A stretch of DNA of 51,139 bases from Octopus bimaculoides (Eukaryota): assembly GCF_001194135.2 (NCBI RefSeq), contig NC_068990.1, positions 51,006,078-51,057,216 of the forward strand, read 5' to 3'. The notes below the pieces were generated by a model, which saw nothing but the letters and a program-made list of their open reading frames with translations, searched no databases and was not told the DNA's origin. Both the position numbers and the translations under genes were made by a program. Position 1 is the first letter of the stretch; every line of letters begins with the position of its first letter. Positions 1 to 12,129 of the stretch are shown piece after piece.

Positions 1-370
1 CAGCAAGATGGCTCGCGCAGGTGGCCGCTGAGGTAGTTACCCGTACCACCATTAACATGGTCAAGGCCACCTGCAATAAATTGAGTTATTTTTATTTTAA
101 TAACGAAGTGGATTACAACTTGGATTCTTGCCTGATGGCAGTATCAGATATGATGACGAGGAACTATTGATTGTAAATTGATTATTGATTGTAAATTAAT
201 TGTAACCATAGTGAACAAAGGTTTTCGAGGGGTTGCCGATCGGTGGGCGTCGGTGCCCCTCTCATTTCTCATTTTTCATATATGTCATTCTCATTTTGTC
301 ATTTATGTTTCTGTCCAGCCCTAGCTTCTGCTAATCTATGTAATGCCTAAATGGCAAATTAAATGAAATA
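1..370 (+). mobile_element. Probable 3' end (ORF2 tail and 3' UTR) of a non-LTR retrotransposon, possibly Tx1/L1-like
   Basis: GC-richer start (SKMARAGGR*), then a UTR-like stretch with a stem-loop (gagggg..gccgat / gtcggt..cccctc, ~227-282) and an A-rich end (aaattaaatgaaataaa). The clade is inferred. Confidence 0.4.
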
Positions 371-396
371 AAGAAGCTTGCTTCCCAACCACATGG
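371..396 (+). mobile_element. Fragment of the head of a tRNA-derived SINE
   Basis: aagaagcttgcttcccaaccacatgg matches the reverse complement of the SINE head near 17935-17960 at 24/26 positions and resembles the copy at ~28510. Confidence 0.6.
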
Positions 397-1699
397 AACT
401 CTAGAATCCGAACTCTAAAATTGTTACACACATAGATACGCACAGCATAATTTATTATATAAACAATATATGCGTATAAATTACGATTAAACCGGATGAA
501 ATATGTCACAGGGAATAACATTTTTATGACCGCCCAGCAGTAACTCTATTCAGCTGAATAGACGTCAGTGATTGGTTGAAATTACAGAAATACAACAACT
601 TTAACATGGAATAACTTGCGATGTACGTTTTTTTGTTAAGAAGACTAAGAGTAAAAGATGTTTTATATGACACATTCTACCAGTGTCCCAAGTTTCAAAG
701 TGTTTCGTTAGTGTTTCGTTAAGAAAATACTGGTGCCTTCGTTTTGAAATAGATCCGAATATACACATATTAAAGGAAATAGAGAAATAAATTGACATAT
801 TAAAAATTTATTCACATTATAATATAATATAATTATACTATAAAAAGATATAATATAACATAATATAATATAATATAACAAATAATTAAGGCAAGTAAAT
901 ATCCTACACTTTGTTTCGATTCATATCCACTAGTGAATTTATAAAAATTCACATTTATGCATATGAGTCTCCTCAGGGTAATATTTGTCTAAAAATTAAG
1001 ATAAAATTTCATGCAAGGACTGCTAATTCATAAAATAGACTGATTTAAAATATACCTATGTTTACAAGTGTGAGCGTTAATAATTTTAAAATGAATTAAA
1101 TGAGCGAAACAATTACAACGGCCATAAAATGCTCTTATGCATCTTTATTAATATTAGTCTAAAGTTATATTAATCTAAAATAAACACTGTCCATTGTTAT
1201 TAAATAATAAAATCTATATAAGATGTTAAGAATTTATGGTGGAGTAGGAAATATATTTATCTGTAATATCCGAACTGTTATCATTCGATAATGAATATGC
1301 AAATCAGTTATCAAACCTGCATATTCTGAAACTTTTGAATGAGCGTAGTTTGCAAAAGTCAATGATAAAAGTGAACTGTTGTGTGATTTTCAGCAAATGT
1401 ACGCTATACAAACAAAACTATAATGGACATTTTACAAAACAACCTGAGACACGTCAAATTTTCTCACAAAAGATTTATTTCTATCATCGTAATCAAGTTT
1501 GTTATTGGTTACATCAAAGCAACTCCTTTACTTTTATCTTGACTTACATTTGCAAATACATTATTTGAGGTACTTTTTCAGGTTTCCCAACATTAAATAA
1601 TATCAACAACCAAAACAAGTGAAATATAAATAAAAAATGTAGGTAACAATATTTCATCAACTTGGATCAAATCTATAGTATACATTACATGTAGCTGCG

Positions 1700-2010
1700 T
1701 TAACCCAATGAAAGGTTGTCGTATATCAACACAGCTTCTTACCCACGGCCTAATGTCTTTAAAACCCTCGTAAAGGGCTTGGTTAAGGACTGCATCATCG
1801 ATATACTGGACATAACTCGCACAAAAGAGAACGCTATCGTTAAGTTCCCTTGTTTTCCCTACCCTTCACAATGAGTGTGAAAACTTGCTTTGGAAAAATC
1901 TTCCTTAAATTAGTAGATAAGCTTTTGTCACGGTCACATAGGTATAGTGAATTATTCAAAAGACATAACTTAAGGGTCGCATTCAGCTGTGCACTAACCT
2001 ACCAACCCAT
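1700..2010 (+). mobile_element. Penelope-like element fragment (RT C-terminus and linker)
   Basis: YINTASYPRPNVFK, then PFTMSVKTCFGKIFLKLVDKLLSRSHRYSELFKRHNLRVAFSC. This matches the PLE linker motif PP(Y/F)S.xVKTN.G..FL.L.DKHF...L...F.R.....SYSC. Confidence 0.75.
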
Positions 2011-2129
2011 ATCAGATCGGTCAGACATCTTGTCAACAAGGGCTAGGCCTTTCATTTCTTATTAAGGAGGAATGATAACCGCCGTCCTAATAGCTGATGA
2101 ACAAGGGCTAAGAGGACGAAGACCAAGAA

Positions 2130-2570
2130 AAAATGTCACCCTCGGTACCAGGAATGAAAGAACCCTCCGAGAACCAAGAAAAATTGAACTAGCTCAATAA
2201 ATGAACAGATATGAATAGAATGTCACAAGACTCATAGTGGAAGAGATATGGCGAAAAAGCCAATGATGAGGGTCATATGTTCTATTATAGCAGCAGGGAA
2301 GACAAACATGAACAAGGCGTCGGATTTCTCGTGAATAGAGTTACCAAGTCAGTAATGGGATTTAATTCCCTCTCCAGTGGGAACTGCACCATACCACTGA
2401 AGGCATTACTGAAGGCATTACTCCAGTTGTCCAATTATATGCACTTACGTCGGACTATGATGACGAACAAATAGAAATTTCTTCAACCATCTCTAAGGAA
2501 TACTTGACCAAACATCCAAGAAGGATATCGTCATTGTACTTGGTGACCTTAATACTATAATTCAGAACCT
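2130..2570 (+). mobile_element. RTE-clade LINE, degenerate APE endonuclease fragment
   Basis: TLGTRNERTL (cf. WNVRTL), GHMFYYSSREDKHEQGVGFLVN, QLYALTSDYDDEQIE, IVIVLGDLN; contains frameshifts. Confidence 0.85.
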
Positions 2571-3639
2571 CATGAAGATGTCGTAGGCACAAGCACAATC
2601 AGGCTATACATACACATGTTGATGGGATGATAGGAGTTTCAAGAATGAATATAAAGAACAGTGGTAGCCGTATAGATCGCATTACGAAAAATCGTGTACA
2701 AAAGATTACGAGGATCATGAGAATCCCATGTCTAAGTCCCCCATAAGCCCGGCAGCGTACCAAGGTACCTCTCCATAATTCAGATATTTCGTAACATTTT
2801 GCTGTTTCTGTGCAGTAAATTCCTGTTTCGCTACGTTTGTTAAGAAGGCGCTTACCATTATTTAATATAATCTCCAACTCTTTCTTTGTTCATAATCCAC
2901 AGGAACACTTATATCACAGGTAAGGTATCGCATTTCTCAGAAACCACGAATTCAATCTAGCTTATTTTAGAATAATCAGCTAGTGATTAAGGTGCTCCTA
3001 GTGATTAGGAGAGTGTTGTCCCTATTGCGGAATTAGAAATTTGAAATTAAGGAATTATAAGGAAAATGACTCATATAACATATTTGATGCTTTGTCTACT
3101 CATTACGAGGTTCTTAATACTTCTACTCGGTAGTAATCTCGTATAATACTATATATTCTTTTAAGAAATCGTCCGTATGGTATAACGTGAAAAAGCTTAC
3201 AAAAAGAAACATTTCATTAAAGAGGGAATAATTTCAATCTCAAGGAAATTCATGGAGGTGTGTTTGTTTACTTTTCTTTACATAACGTTAGTTTAGCAAA
3301 CAAAAGAACAGAAAGCAAGTTCTTAGTGTTTACATGCAAAATGATAACTGTTTCCAGGGATGTATGCCTTATGAAAATATCTTATTGTTGCCTATAATTT
3401 CCGTTCTACAAATTCACAAGCTATTTATTCTTTGATAAAGAAATCAAAATTGATTCCATCGCACGTTGTTTCTGTGTTGGTTATTATTATATTTCTGTTA
3501 ATTTGTATTGTTGAACATTTGATGCAGTACTTTTTAAACTCTTTGTCTTCTGTTTGTGACAGATTTTTGTTAACATTTTTCCCTTTGCGTGAAGGGGGAA
3601 AATTATTATTTATTATAATTATTGTGTTTCAAAATGGAT

Positions 3640-6600
3640 AAATCACCTATCTAAAACAGGACCAGCATCGAACATGAGACTAGTACAAGAAAAAAACCCT
3701 GATAAACTGCGAAAGTAGCTCGAAATTAAGGAGTATGCCGTTAGGCCATGAGTTTGTAAAAAGGAGAAATGTTAATTTTGCGGCTGCAGCCGGAATATCA
3801 AGGAAGAATCTGAATTGTGACAGCGACGAACTGATGAAGTACAAAGGAATGCTGAAAAGGCAGGGGAATGAAACTAAAATTACTCCTCCCAGCGAAACTA
3901 CACACAGAGCACTTAGGTGCATTGTGATTTACAAATCGTTCATTGTTAAAAGTAAAAAACTCGACAGCGAAAGCAAAGAAGCTGCAGAACTGTGCCTGAG
4001 GCCAGTCTGGAATGGCGTAGCATACGTCACTAGAGGAACGAAGTATGTCACGATAGAGGTACGTTTCAAGTCAGAAGAAAAAGCCAAGCAGGCATCAACG
4101 AAGCCTCTTAAAACTGCTGAGGGGGTACTCCTACCTGCTTATCTTGGGGTGGACTTCCGAGATTAGAGTAGAAGATATACCACTTGAGGTAGACCCTGCT
4201 TGACTGGTGGCAGCCAAACATACGAGGTTAGAGGACAAAGTAACTATCCTCCTAGAACTTTAGAACTGCAGAATTGGCAAGGACAGGGGCTGGAAATGCT
4301 GATCCAAGCAACCTCTGCCGACTAAAAAAATATAATAGACACAATACAGGTGGGGGAAAGCAAGCTACGAGTGATAGTCGAGGGGAGGAAGCCTCATTGC
4401 TACAAGTGTGGCCCAAAGGGCCACATTAGGGCCGAGTATCAATCTGCCCCCGTAAAAGCAACGATACACCAAAGGAGACGACTGCTGTGACACGTAGCGA
4501 AGATCACAGTGAAGAACCATCAGAAACCGAAACAGAGGAGGAGGAAATGAAAGAAAATCAAGAGGAGGGGTGGGAAAAATTGTTAGATAAAAGAAAAGGA
4601 AACTTACAAACCATTCCAACCCCACTAATCCTACTGCAAAAGCAAAGTAAAAACAAACAAGCACACAGGAACCTAAAATTCCCCAACCCAAATCGTTCCC
4701 CAACCACCTGGACACAAACTATACTGCAGTAGTGACAAAGAATAAGTCATTACTCAAACTCTTTTAATGTGACAAAAAAACTTTGAAGAAAAAATATTCC
4801 TGAAAATATTGCTATATATTCCATCGACAGACTTAACTATAACATGTTAAAAAATCAATTTAAAAACGACATACGCCCTCTTATAAAGGACTTCTCGCAA
4901 ATTTACGAGGTCTTAGTCAATGATACCCCTCAAACCCTGGTTACAAAAGAATGAGATGGATGTCACAAACAGAAAACAAAGAGTTTAAAAAGTACTACAT
5001 CAAATGTTCAACAATACAAATTAACAGAAATATAATAATAACCAACACAGAAACAACGTGCGATGGAATCGATTTTGATTTCTTTATGGCCCTCAAGGGG
5101 ATGTCCCACCAAATCTCAAACCGTAAGTAGAACCTTTTATGGATACCTTTTATGTAGGGTGCTTGAATGTGCGCGGCCTGGGGTCAAATTGGAAGCAAGA
5201 TTGTTTCCTTAAGGAAGAGAGGAAAGAAAAAAACTGAGGGAAAAATGCGAACCCACACCCTACTCCTACCCTACTCCCACCTGACTCCCGCAACGAGACA
5301 GGTGTCGCTGTGATACTCAGGAACAGTTTAGATTTAGAGACAAAGACATTATTTATCGACCCGGAAGGCCTTGACGTGACGCCCAGAAGTGGTAAGGCAT
5401 TCAGGCTAGACAGTCTGAGTTTTTTCGAAGCCTAGAGAAATTTCTAGTTATGTCTCACACTATAGTAATGTTAGGCAACTTTAACGCAATCTGCGATGCA
5501 CGAGTAGATTGGTTCGTACATGGATAAGAGGGGAAATCTGTGCTTCAAAAATCTGCTCAGTCGATTTCAGCTGGCAGATAAGTACAGACTAGATGTATCA
5601 GATGATCCATTGTGGACATGGACAAAATGCGATGGGACATCTAGAGCTTATTTAGATAGCATAATAATTAGGCAGAAAGGCAAAAACCTAGTTAGACGTC
5701 CACAATTTCACCACATGATCACAAATTTGTGACCTATAGACTAGACTTAGATACGTTACGCAGACAGAGAACAGGCTACTGGAAACTCAATAAGTCTTCG
5801 GCTTATGAGGAGTACAGGAGTCGGATTAGGCAGTTAGTGCTGAGGGCATTATCTGGCGCCATTATTAACAACAAATGGTGGTATGCCCTCGAAAGAGCCC
5901 TAAAATTTGAGTCTACTAGATATATCAATGAGTTAGTGGCTTAGAAAAATAGAGTAGAAAGAGCTTTAGTTAGGGCCCTAGACGAAGCACTGGAATCTGG
6001 CTCCGCACCCCGAGTTTTAGCAGCGAGATTGGCTCTTAACCAACACCTCGCGGTTAAATACGAAGGATGCATAGTCAGGGATAAGCAACATGCAATAGAA
6101 CGATAAGGACTCAAAGCTGCTGGATGAGCCCGTGTGATAGAGACCCAACGTGGAAATAATGGCACAATAAGGTCTCTGGCGCATCATCAAGGGAGCTTGG
6201 TAACCGAACCCGAGGAGGTGTGTAAGGTCTTTCAAGAGCATTTCGCCCTGCTTTTCGGGAGGGGCGGCGGGATGGAGTGTAGGAGGGACCTCATAGACTT
6301 CCTGGTCGGTAAGCCGCGTCTCTCGGGGTGAGAAGCGGAATGCTGTGATGGGCCGATCACAGCTGCGGAGGTGGAGGAAGCTTTGTCGGACTGCGACGGA
6401 GACAAGTCGCAGGGACTAGATGGTCCCCTCTACGAGCTATATTACAGTATGCCATATTACTTGGACACTTACTCGTATGCGTCTTCACCAACCGGCAGCA
6501 GAATGGATTTATTCCCAGGTCTGTGAGCTGAGGGTGGTGACACTGCTTAGAAAGCACCCAAACAAGGGGGATATTATAGATAATTTTCGGCCCATCACTT

Positions 6601-7460
6601 TGCTTAAACGCAGAGGTGAAGATTTTGGCCAAGGTTGGTGCGTATCGTGGGTGGACTCGTCGGGAAGGTACAAACATATGCCGTTCCTGGCAGATCCATA
6701 GAGGACAACCTCCACCTTATACGCTATACCTTAGAGAGGGTTAACAGGATTCCTGGCAAGGGCGTAGCTCTGGTCCCAACAAATTCGTTGGGCGTTGGAC
6801 GGAGGGGCCAGTTAAAACGCTAGGGGTTTGGTTTGGTCCAAACCTCCAGATATAGAAGAATTGGGACGAGGTAACGAGCAGGGTGACCTACCTAACTCAG
6901 ACCTGTTCTGAGTGGCGGCTATCTCTGAAAGGGAGGGCGGAGGTCGCAGTTGTGTTAATTGATTACCTACCGCCTAATTGTCGAGCCTTGTCTCCTTTCG
7001 TGGATGATCAAGCTGGAGCGTCTGCTCTTTCGCCTCTTGTGGAAGGGTAGAGTTCCCCTTGTAAGGCACTCTGTCTGCTGCTAACACCTGCTAAAGGGTG
7101 GGCTAGGGATGCCTTGGCTGTTGATGCACAGATATGCACTGAGGCTGAGGCATCTGTGGCTCTATCTGGATAGTGAACAGGTGTGATCTCCGTTCGTTAA
7201 AACGTTACTTCCCAGGTTTACTAGTTTTAGTGAACTAAAAGCATGGATCAAGTGTAGGTCAAGGTTGGGAGGTTGGCAAGCGGAGTGTCATCAGGCCCTC
7301 TCTCTTCTCTCCCGCTCGGGTAATGCCTGCTGCGGAGGTTCCACCTCGTCATTCTATAGAGGGTTGGTAGAGGCTACGTGTGACGACGACCTGGTGGAGA
7401 CTCTGGGCTTCGACGACAGTCAAAGTGCCGGCTTGTTCCGAGGGACATTCGGGCCGGGAC
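3640..7460 (+). mobile_element. Tx1/L1-like non-LTR retrotransposon (ORF1 plus APE-RT ORF2), decayed, internally deleted, 3'-truncated
   Basis: ORF1 RRM-like region at 3735-4166 and a degenerate zinc knuckle CYKCGPKGHIRAEY (~4395-4440). ORF2 starts with CLNVRGL (~5160), then GNFNAICD, WTWT, KSQGLDG..YELY, DNFRPITLL, QTYAVPGRSIEDNLHLIRY. The RT core after ~6770 appears to be missing. Confidence 0.9.
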
Positions 7461-8460
7461 TTGATTTTTATTTCTGTCATGCGTCGACCAAGGTATGTCG
7501 GCACGAGTAATAAATCCTCCGCTTTTAATGGTGTTGTAGAGTGCCGGATGGCATCCTCTTCCGTTGGGAAGCGCACTTCCACTGTTCCAAAGCGCTTCCC
7601 TTTGGTTACGAAGTTTTTTTGGCCCCATATGGGCTTTAGAGCTATCTCCAATCTCTGTGGGGTAGCATTCTCCATCTTTTGGTATCTTGTGTTGAATACC
7701 TTGTATACTATTGTTTTTCTGTTCGTTGCTTGTATTAATGCTTGTGGAGTGTTAAGGAAGACATTATCGCCATCCCTTCTTAACAATTCCTTGGCATTCT
7801 TTATTTCTGCCATTGTCACTTTGATTTCTTCTGAACTCTGCTTAGCTGCGGAGGCGAAACCGTTACAATGGCTACTGGTTGTGGTCTTGGTGCTGTTGCT
7901 GGTGTTGTTTTCTTTGTTTTCTTTGTTCTGTTTTTCCTCCTCCCTCTCCGGTGTAGGAGCAATGGTGGAGGTGAGAGCTGGGAAGACAGCGTCAGAAAGT
8001 CTGTTAAGCAGACCTGAATCAGAAACGCTGTCCGCTATGGCGTCAACTGGGTTGGGTGAAATGTGACTTGACCCATCATTCTTTTTGTCGGGAAGTGATG
8101 CAGAGAGAAGAGAACAGCTGGCTGTTCTTTTCAATGACATTTTGCCTTTTAAGGCATTAACTGGGCGGGGTGAAAAAAGACTTGACCCGTCATTCTTTTT
8201 GCCGGGAAGTGATACAGAGAGAAGAGAACAGCTGGTTATTTTTTTCCGACATTTTTCAGGTATGATACGTGTGAAATGTGAAGATGGAAGTTTTTCAAAC
8301 GAAGAATTCACCCCTAAATGGGGGGAAAACTCGCCTAACCGACTAGCTCCGCAAAAACCTAGTCGGCTTGGCTACAACAATATATAAAAATTAAAACAGA
8401 TTTCAAAAGATTTCCGGGTAAAAACGGCAACAACTTACAGAGCTTCAGGAGACACGTCCA
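7460..8460 (-). mobile_element. 5' portion (ORF1) of a second, diverged Tx1/L1-like element in inverted orientation
   Basis: ORF 8311->7349: IVYKVF..LEIALKPIWG..FVTKGKRFGTVEVRFPTEEDA..STTPLKAEDLLLVPTYLG aligns by eye with IVIYKSF..AELCLRPVWN..YVTRGTKYVTIEVRFKSEEKA..STKPLKTAEGVLLPAYLG at 3735-4166. Confidence 0.85.
8046..8245. repeat. 114-bp tandem duplication (about 1.7 copies) inside ORF1
   Basis: gacttgaccc occurs at 8065 and 8179. The protein shows a 38-aa repeat, SCSLLS(V/A)SLP(G/D)KKNDGSS. Confidence 0.9.
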
Positions 8461-8505
8461 TCCGCTTGAAAGGCAATAATAATGGTGACGATAATAATAA
8501 TAATA

Positions 8506-8655
8506 AGTGTTAACTGCAAACGTAAGCAGACTGAATATGAAAAGAAAGAATGATGGCAGCGGACTGATTAGTATAGACCATTATATAAAGAGTGCAAGGA
8601 GACGCTTGCCAAATATTTGATAAATAGTGACGAAGATCTGCTGCAATATACCGGG
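8506..8655 (+). mobile_element. Short internal fragment of the R4/Dong-like element
   Basis: Aligns with 11250-11390 (atatgaaaagaaagaat..tatttgataaatagtga..gaaga.ctgctgcaatat); preceded by (TAA)n. Confidence 0.85.
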
Positions 8656-8779
8656 ACCCATATTATTATTGATAATTTTAAATACTATAGGTAGAATGAT
8701 GGTGGTAATGACACAATGCGACACAATGCAAGCGTGTTATTTATATATATGTGTATGTACATACATCTACAAGTGTATA

Positions 8780-11495
8780 TATAAATAAAGAGAGGAAGAG
8801 TGAGATGGGATCTCAATAACAACTCTCGTGGGAACCCCACGGACGACTCATGAAATTATGATGCAACACAACAAGGAAAGAATTAACGGCGAGAATGAAG
8901 CAATAGCCGATCATGATGAAGGTTTCCCCGCCTGGCATATCCGGAACCGCCAGCATCAGGAGCAGTGATCTGGCCTCGGACGGTCGTTATGTCACAACAG
9001 ATCACATACACAGTGTGCGCAAAAACAGATATAGGTGGACGAAGGAAGAGTACGATACACTTATTGTATGTCATGAAAGAGCCAAGCTGGAAAATAAATT
9101 AATGAACCAAGTGAGAGTAGTTAGGAGGAAGGGTTTCTTAACTGGAGTAGAAATATCTCGGATTAGTGAGAGACTGGGAGACCCTGCAGATGGGCTACAA
9201 AGGATGGTCGGAGTTGAAAACAGAGAGGTAGGAATTGAAAGCATAGAGAAAAGTAGACAGGAGGAATAGGGGAATGGTGATTGGAAGAAGAACATGAACG
9301 TTATACAGTGAATCCTGATACTGTGGTGGGTGGACATGCAAGGGAAATAAACAAACTAGATAATGAATTGCTTGAAATACAAAGACGACTTACCGACTTG
9401 ATGAATGCTCCAGAAGAAAAATCCCCATGAATATGAGAAGGGTAGATAAGAGTATGATAAATAAAGTAACACAAAAGATAAAAACAGTCATACCATACAT
9501 CCAGACGGAGGACATTATACAAACAAGGAATTTTCTCCGAGCTATTGCGCTACTTGAGAAGAAATTACAACTATTACAACTTAAGAGAACAAAAAATGGT
9601 GGAACAAAATAACCACGGTGGAAATGACGCATTGAAAGGGACATAATGCGGGCATGGCAAGATCTAGGAAAAATTGAGCAATGGTTAAGAGGAAACTGAA
9701 AAAATAGGAAAAAGATCGACCGAGAAGAATTACAGAAGAAATATAAAATACAGAAGAACGGGCTTGGTGCAGTAATAGAGCTGTTAACACAGAGGATCTT
9801 GGCAAAAAGCCAGAAGATCAGAAGATTTGTGAACAGAAATAAGCAATTCAAGAACAGATTGTTAAAAAATAACCCAAAGCAATTCTTCCGAACGTTAGAA
9901 GGAGACAATGGGGAAAATGTTGCTCTTGATGCAAATCAAGCGAAGGAGTTCTGGAGCAGATTATGAGGAAGCAATGTGGTGCATAAACGGAAATGCAATG
10001 TAGATAAGAACTATCAAAACAGAATTACAAGGAGGAAAGAAACAAAGGAATATTGTCATAAGCACGGGTGTTGTGAAAGAACAAGTGGGTAAAGCACCTA
10101 ACTGGAAAGCTCCCAGACCAGATAAAATTCATGGCTTCTGGCTGAAGAGATGCCACGCGGTGCATGAAAGGCTAGCAGCCCAATTGAATGAGTGTGTCCA
10201 GAAAGGTACAGTCGCAGCGTGGATGGTGACTGGAAGGAAAACACTTGTAATGAAAGATAGAAGAAAGGGGAGTATTATAGGAAACTTCCGTCCCATAGCA
10301 TGCCTCAACTTAATTTGGAAAATACTCACTGGAATATGTGCGGCAAAGGCATAAACTTTCCTGGCAAGGAAGAAATACTACCAAAGGAACAGAAAGGAAG
10401 AATTCTCAGGGTACCAAGGATCACCTGGTCATCGATAAAATAGTTTTGAGGCATTGTAAAAAACATACAAGGATGTCTATGGCTTGGATTGACTTTAAGA
10501 AGACATATGATATGGTGCTTCATTCTTGGATCGTGAATGCCTGCAGATGTTTGGTGTTGCTGACATCACGAATTTTCTGATGCATAGCATGAAAGAGAGG
10601 AAAACCAAATTGTATTCAAGTAATGTATTCCTTGGAGAAGTTAATATTAAAAGGGGAATCTTCCAAGGTGACTCGTTTTCTCCGTTACATTTTGTAATTG
10701 CACTAATACCCATAACAATGACACTTAGGAAAGTTCAGATAGGTTAGCGATGTGGGAAGAAAGGCCCATCATTGAAGCATCTTCTTTTTATAGATGACCT
10801 GAAATTGTTTGGGAAATCTGAAAAATAGATAGATTCCTTAACCAAAACAGTCCAGAAGTGTGGTATGGAATTTTGGATTGTCAAATGCTCAGTACTTAAC
10901 ATAAAAAGAGGGAAGAAAGCAGCCTGCAGAGGATTGCGGTTACCATCAGGAGAGACAATGGGTGAACCCGACGGTAGTTGGGTATAGATATTTAGGGATT
11001 GGGGAGCTGAATGATATTCTACGCAGAGAAATGAAAGTCAAGATCAGCGTGGCGTAACACAAAAGGGTGACGATTATGTTGAAATCCAACCTCAATGCCA
11101 AAATATTGATGACCGCAATGAATATCGGAGCAGTTGCGGTGGTAAGATATAATGCGTCCATCCTCAAATTGACTAAGGAGGAAATATCAACACTGGATAG
11201 AGGGACGACAAAGTTGATGACGCTGCATGGGGCGGTACACCCTAAGATAAACGTAAACAGACTGTATATGAAAAGAAAGAATGGTGGTAGAGGACTAATT
11301 AGAATAGACCATTGTATAAAGAATGAAAAGAGAATGCTTGCCGAGTATTTGATAAATAGTGATGAAGACCTGCTGCAATATGCCGTGAAAGATATGGATG
11401 TAAATGCAGATGAAAGGATGGGCAAGGATGTGTTTAACCAAGAGCTGAGGAGAAGAGAAAAGAAGACCTTGAAATGAGAATACATGGACAGTTTG
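8780..11495 (+). mobile_element. R4-clade (Dong/Rex6-like) non-LTR retrotransposon, decayed, lacking the C-terminal endonuclease
   Basis: Myb-like RWTKEEY; KAPNWKAPRPDKIHGFWLK; NFRPIACL; AWIDFKKTYD; RGIFQGDSFSPLHF; HLLFIDDLKLF; YRYLGI; RLYMKRKNGGRGL; IHGQF. Many stops and frameshifts. Confidence 0.92.
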
Positions 11496-11745
11496 GTTTT
11501 TATCACTCTCGGTACATGTTTTGGGGACACGGCAAGCCAACAGTTGTTCTGTGTGTTCATAGTCTGTTCGTATTGGAGCAGTACAGCATGTCGTTTCCAA
11601 ATTTCTGGCTCAGTGAATTGCGTCATGGTGCTGTTTTTCTCACAAACGGTACCAAACTGTGTAGTCGACAAAATCAAAAACAGACAATGTGCATACGCGA
11701 AATTAAAAAAATATAAAATGGCGATAATTTACCCATCGCACCCTG
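11496..11745 (-). mobile_element. Tc1/mariner-type DNA transposon 5' end
   Basis: The minus strand begins TA|CAGGGTGCGATGGGTAAATT. An ORF start MTQFTEPEIWKRHAVLL resembles a transposase N-terminus. Confidence 0.65.
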
Positions 11746-12129
11746 TATATATATACATACATACATACATACATACATANNNNNNNNNNNNNNNNNNNNN
11801 NNNNNNNNNNNNNNNNNNNNNNNNNNNNNNNNNNNNNNNNNNNNNNNNNNNNNNNNNNNNNNNNNNNNNNNNNNNNNNNNNNNNNNNNNNNNNNNNNNNN
11901 NNNNNNNNNNNNNNNNNNNNNNNNNNNNNNNNNNNNNNNNNNNNNNNNNNNNNNNNNNNNNNNNNNNNNNNNNNNNNNNNNNNNNNNNNNNNNNNNNNNN
12001 NNNNNNNNNNNNNNNNNNNNNNNNNNNNNNNNNNNNNNNNNNNNNNNNNNNNNNNNNNNNNNNNNNNNNNNNNNAAAAAAAAAAGTATTTCCAATGTTGT
12101 ATTGAAATACTACCATAAATTCCAGTCTT

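Noticed and set aside
2085-2122. CTGATGA..GAA within a cgtcct/aggacg hairpin upstream of the RTE fragment, considered as a hammerhead
   Set aside because: No stem II closes directly before the GAA, there is no GAAA, and stem I/III geometry does not fit.
10946-11677. 243-aa minus-strand ORF, and similar antisense ORFs such as 7380-8066 and 19002-19496
   Set aside because: These are mostly antisense shadows of TE coding sequence; only the first ~60 aa of this one is the mariner start.
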